Both the position numbers and the translations under genes were made by a program. DNA of 22,936 nt. Source: Utricularia gibba. Its lineage: Eukaryota; Plantae; Magnoliophyta. Below, piece after piece: positions 22,684 to 22,936 of this stretch (position 1 is its first letter; every line of letters begins with the position of its first letter). The stretch is from positions 1 to 22,936 of the forward strand of contig NEEC01000265.1 in the NCBI GenBank assembly GCA_002189035.1. Direction: 5' to 3'. The notes beneath the pieces were generated by a model, which saw nothing but the letters and a program-made list of their open reading frames with translations, was not told the origin of the DNA and searched no databases.

Positions 22684-22936
22684 AATAAATGCATCAAGTT
22701 TTTTGCCGAGCTACAAATGACTATGGGCCGAGCTCGACTCGACCTCCTGCTCGATACCGTTGCCCCACGAGAGCCCCTTATCAAATATAAAGCATGCGGT
22801 TGAGAAAACCATTTTGGGTGCTCATGAAATCCTAACTTCAATAACTGCATCACGATTTTCGTCGAGTAGGACCCGATGTGGCAAAGGAGTCAGACCGAAC
22901 CTTGGTCAGAACGAAGTTCAAAAGACATCACCCGCC

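Larger units (their letters stand above)
1..22936 (+). repeat. Tandem satellite DNA array, about 315 bp monomer, about 73.7 copies, all in one orientation
   Basis: The anchor (A/G)GCTACAAA recurs 74 times at positions 11, 321, 632, 941, 1255 ... 22087, 22400, 22709. Spacing is 301-316 bp, mean (22709-11)/73 = about 311. I saw no non-repeat sequence and no inverted copy. Confidence 0.99.
1..22936. repeat. Tentative family: Silene latifolia subtelomeric SacI/X43.1-type (distal-end) satellite
   Basis: Monomer is about 315 bp, about 53.5% AT, with one SacI site (GAGCTC) in most monomers. This fits my recollection of the S. latifolia SacI/X43.1 family (about 313 bp, about 53% AT). The match is on length, composition and restriction site only; I did not align it to a reference. 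Confidence 0.6.

Noticed and set aside
13-22853. More than 100 ORFs of 60-207 aa on both strands (e.g. MHQVFCRATNDYGPELD..., longest 10588-11211)
   Set aside because: They are the same peptides re-read from every monomer, and their ends shift with homopolymer indels. I recognise no domain. They are artefacts of a stop-poor frame in the repeat.
1-22936. CRISPR-like reading of motifs recurring every 158 bp or so
   Set aside because: The sequence between motifs is itself repeated in every unit. There are no unique spacers, the period is too long, and no cas genes are present.
1-22936. 5S rDNA, tRNA or SINE-derived tandem unit
   Set aside because: I recognise no 5S coding sequence, Pol III A/B or C boxes, or tRNA cloverleaf in the monomer.
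1-22936. Rolling-circle or concatemer artefact of a single 315 bp circle
   Set aside because: Monomers carry discrete multi-site haplotypes in ordered higher-order patterns, which repeated reading of one template would not produce.
1-22936. Alternative identity as Patellifolia pTS4.1 (recalled as an about 312 bp Sau3AI satellite)
   Set aside because: The consensus has no GATC site, and the few GATC seen look like deletion errors. The SacI site and AT content fit the Silene family better. Only a database search can settle it.

Overview
The whole 22.9 kb window is one uninterrupted head-to-tail satellite DNA array of about 73.7 monomers (mean spacing about 311 bp; intact monomers 315-316 bp; about 46-47% GC by hand count). 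I find no credible gene, RNA gene, transposon or CRISPR array. Every ORF in the track is a translation of the same repeat unit. The monomer is a diverged dimer of two 157-159 bp subunits. Its length, about 53% AT and single SacI site match my recollection of the Silene latifolia subtelomeric SacI/X43.1 satellite (about 313 bp). That identification is unverified and needs BLAST. The interesting content is architectural. Monomers fall into variant classes that form nested higher-order repeats (HORs): a recurring 6-monomer cassette separated by variable runs of one class in the left half, a 12-mer (about 3.73 kb) present twice, a 3-mer (about 0.93 kb) at the right end, and an underlying 3-monomer phase kept over about 11.5 kb. 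Frequent homopolymer indels suggest a raw or lightly polished long-read sequence. All monomer typing was done by eye.
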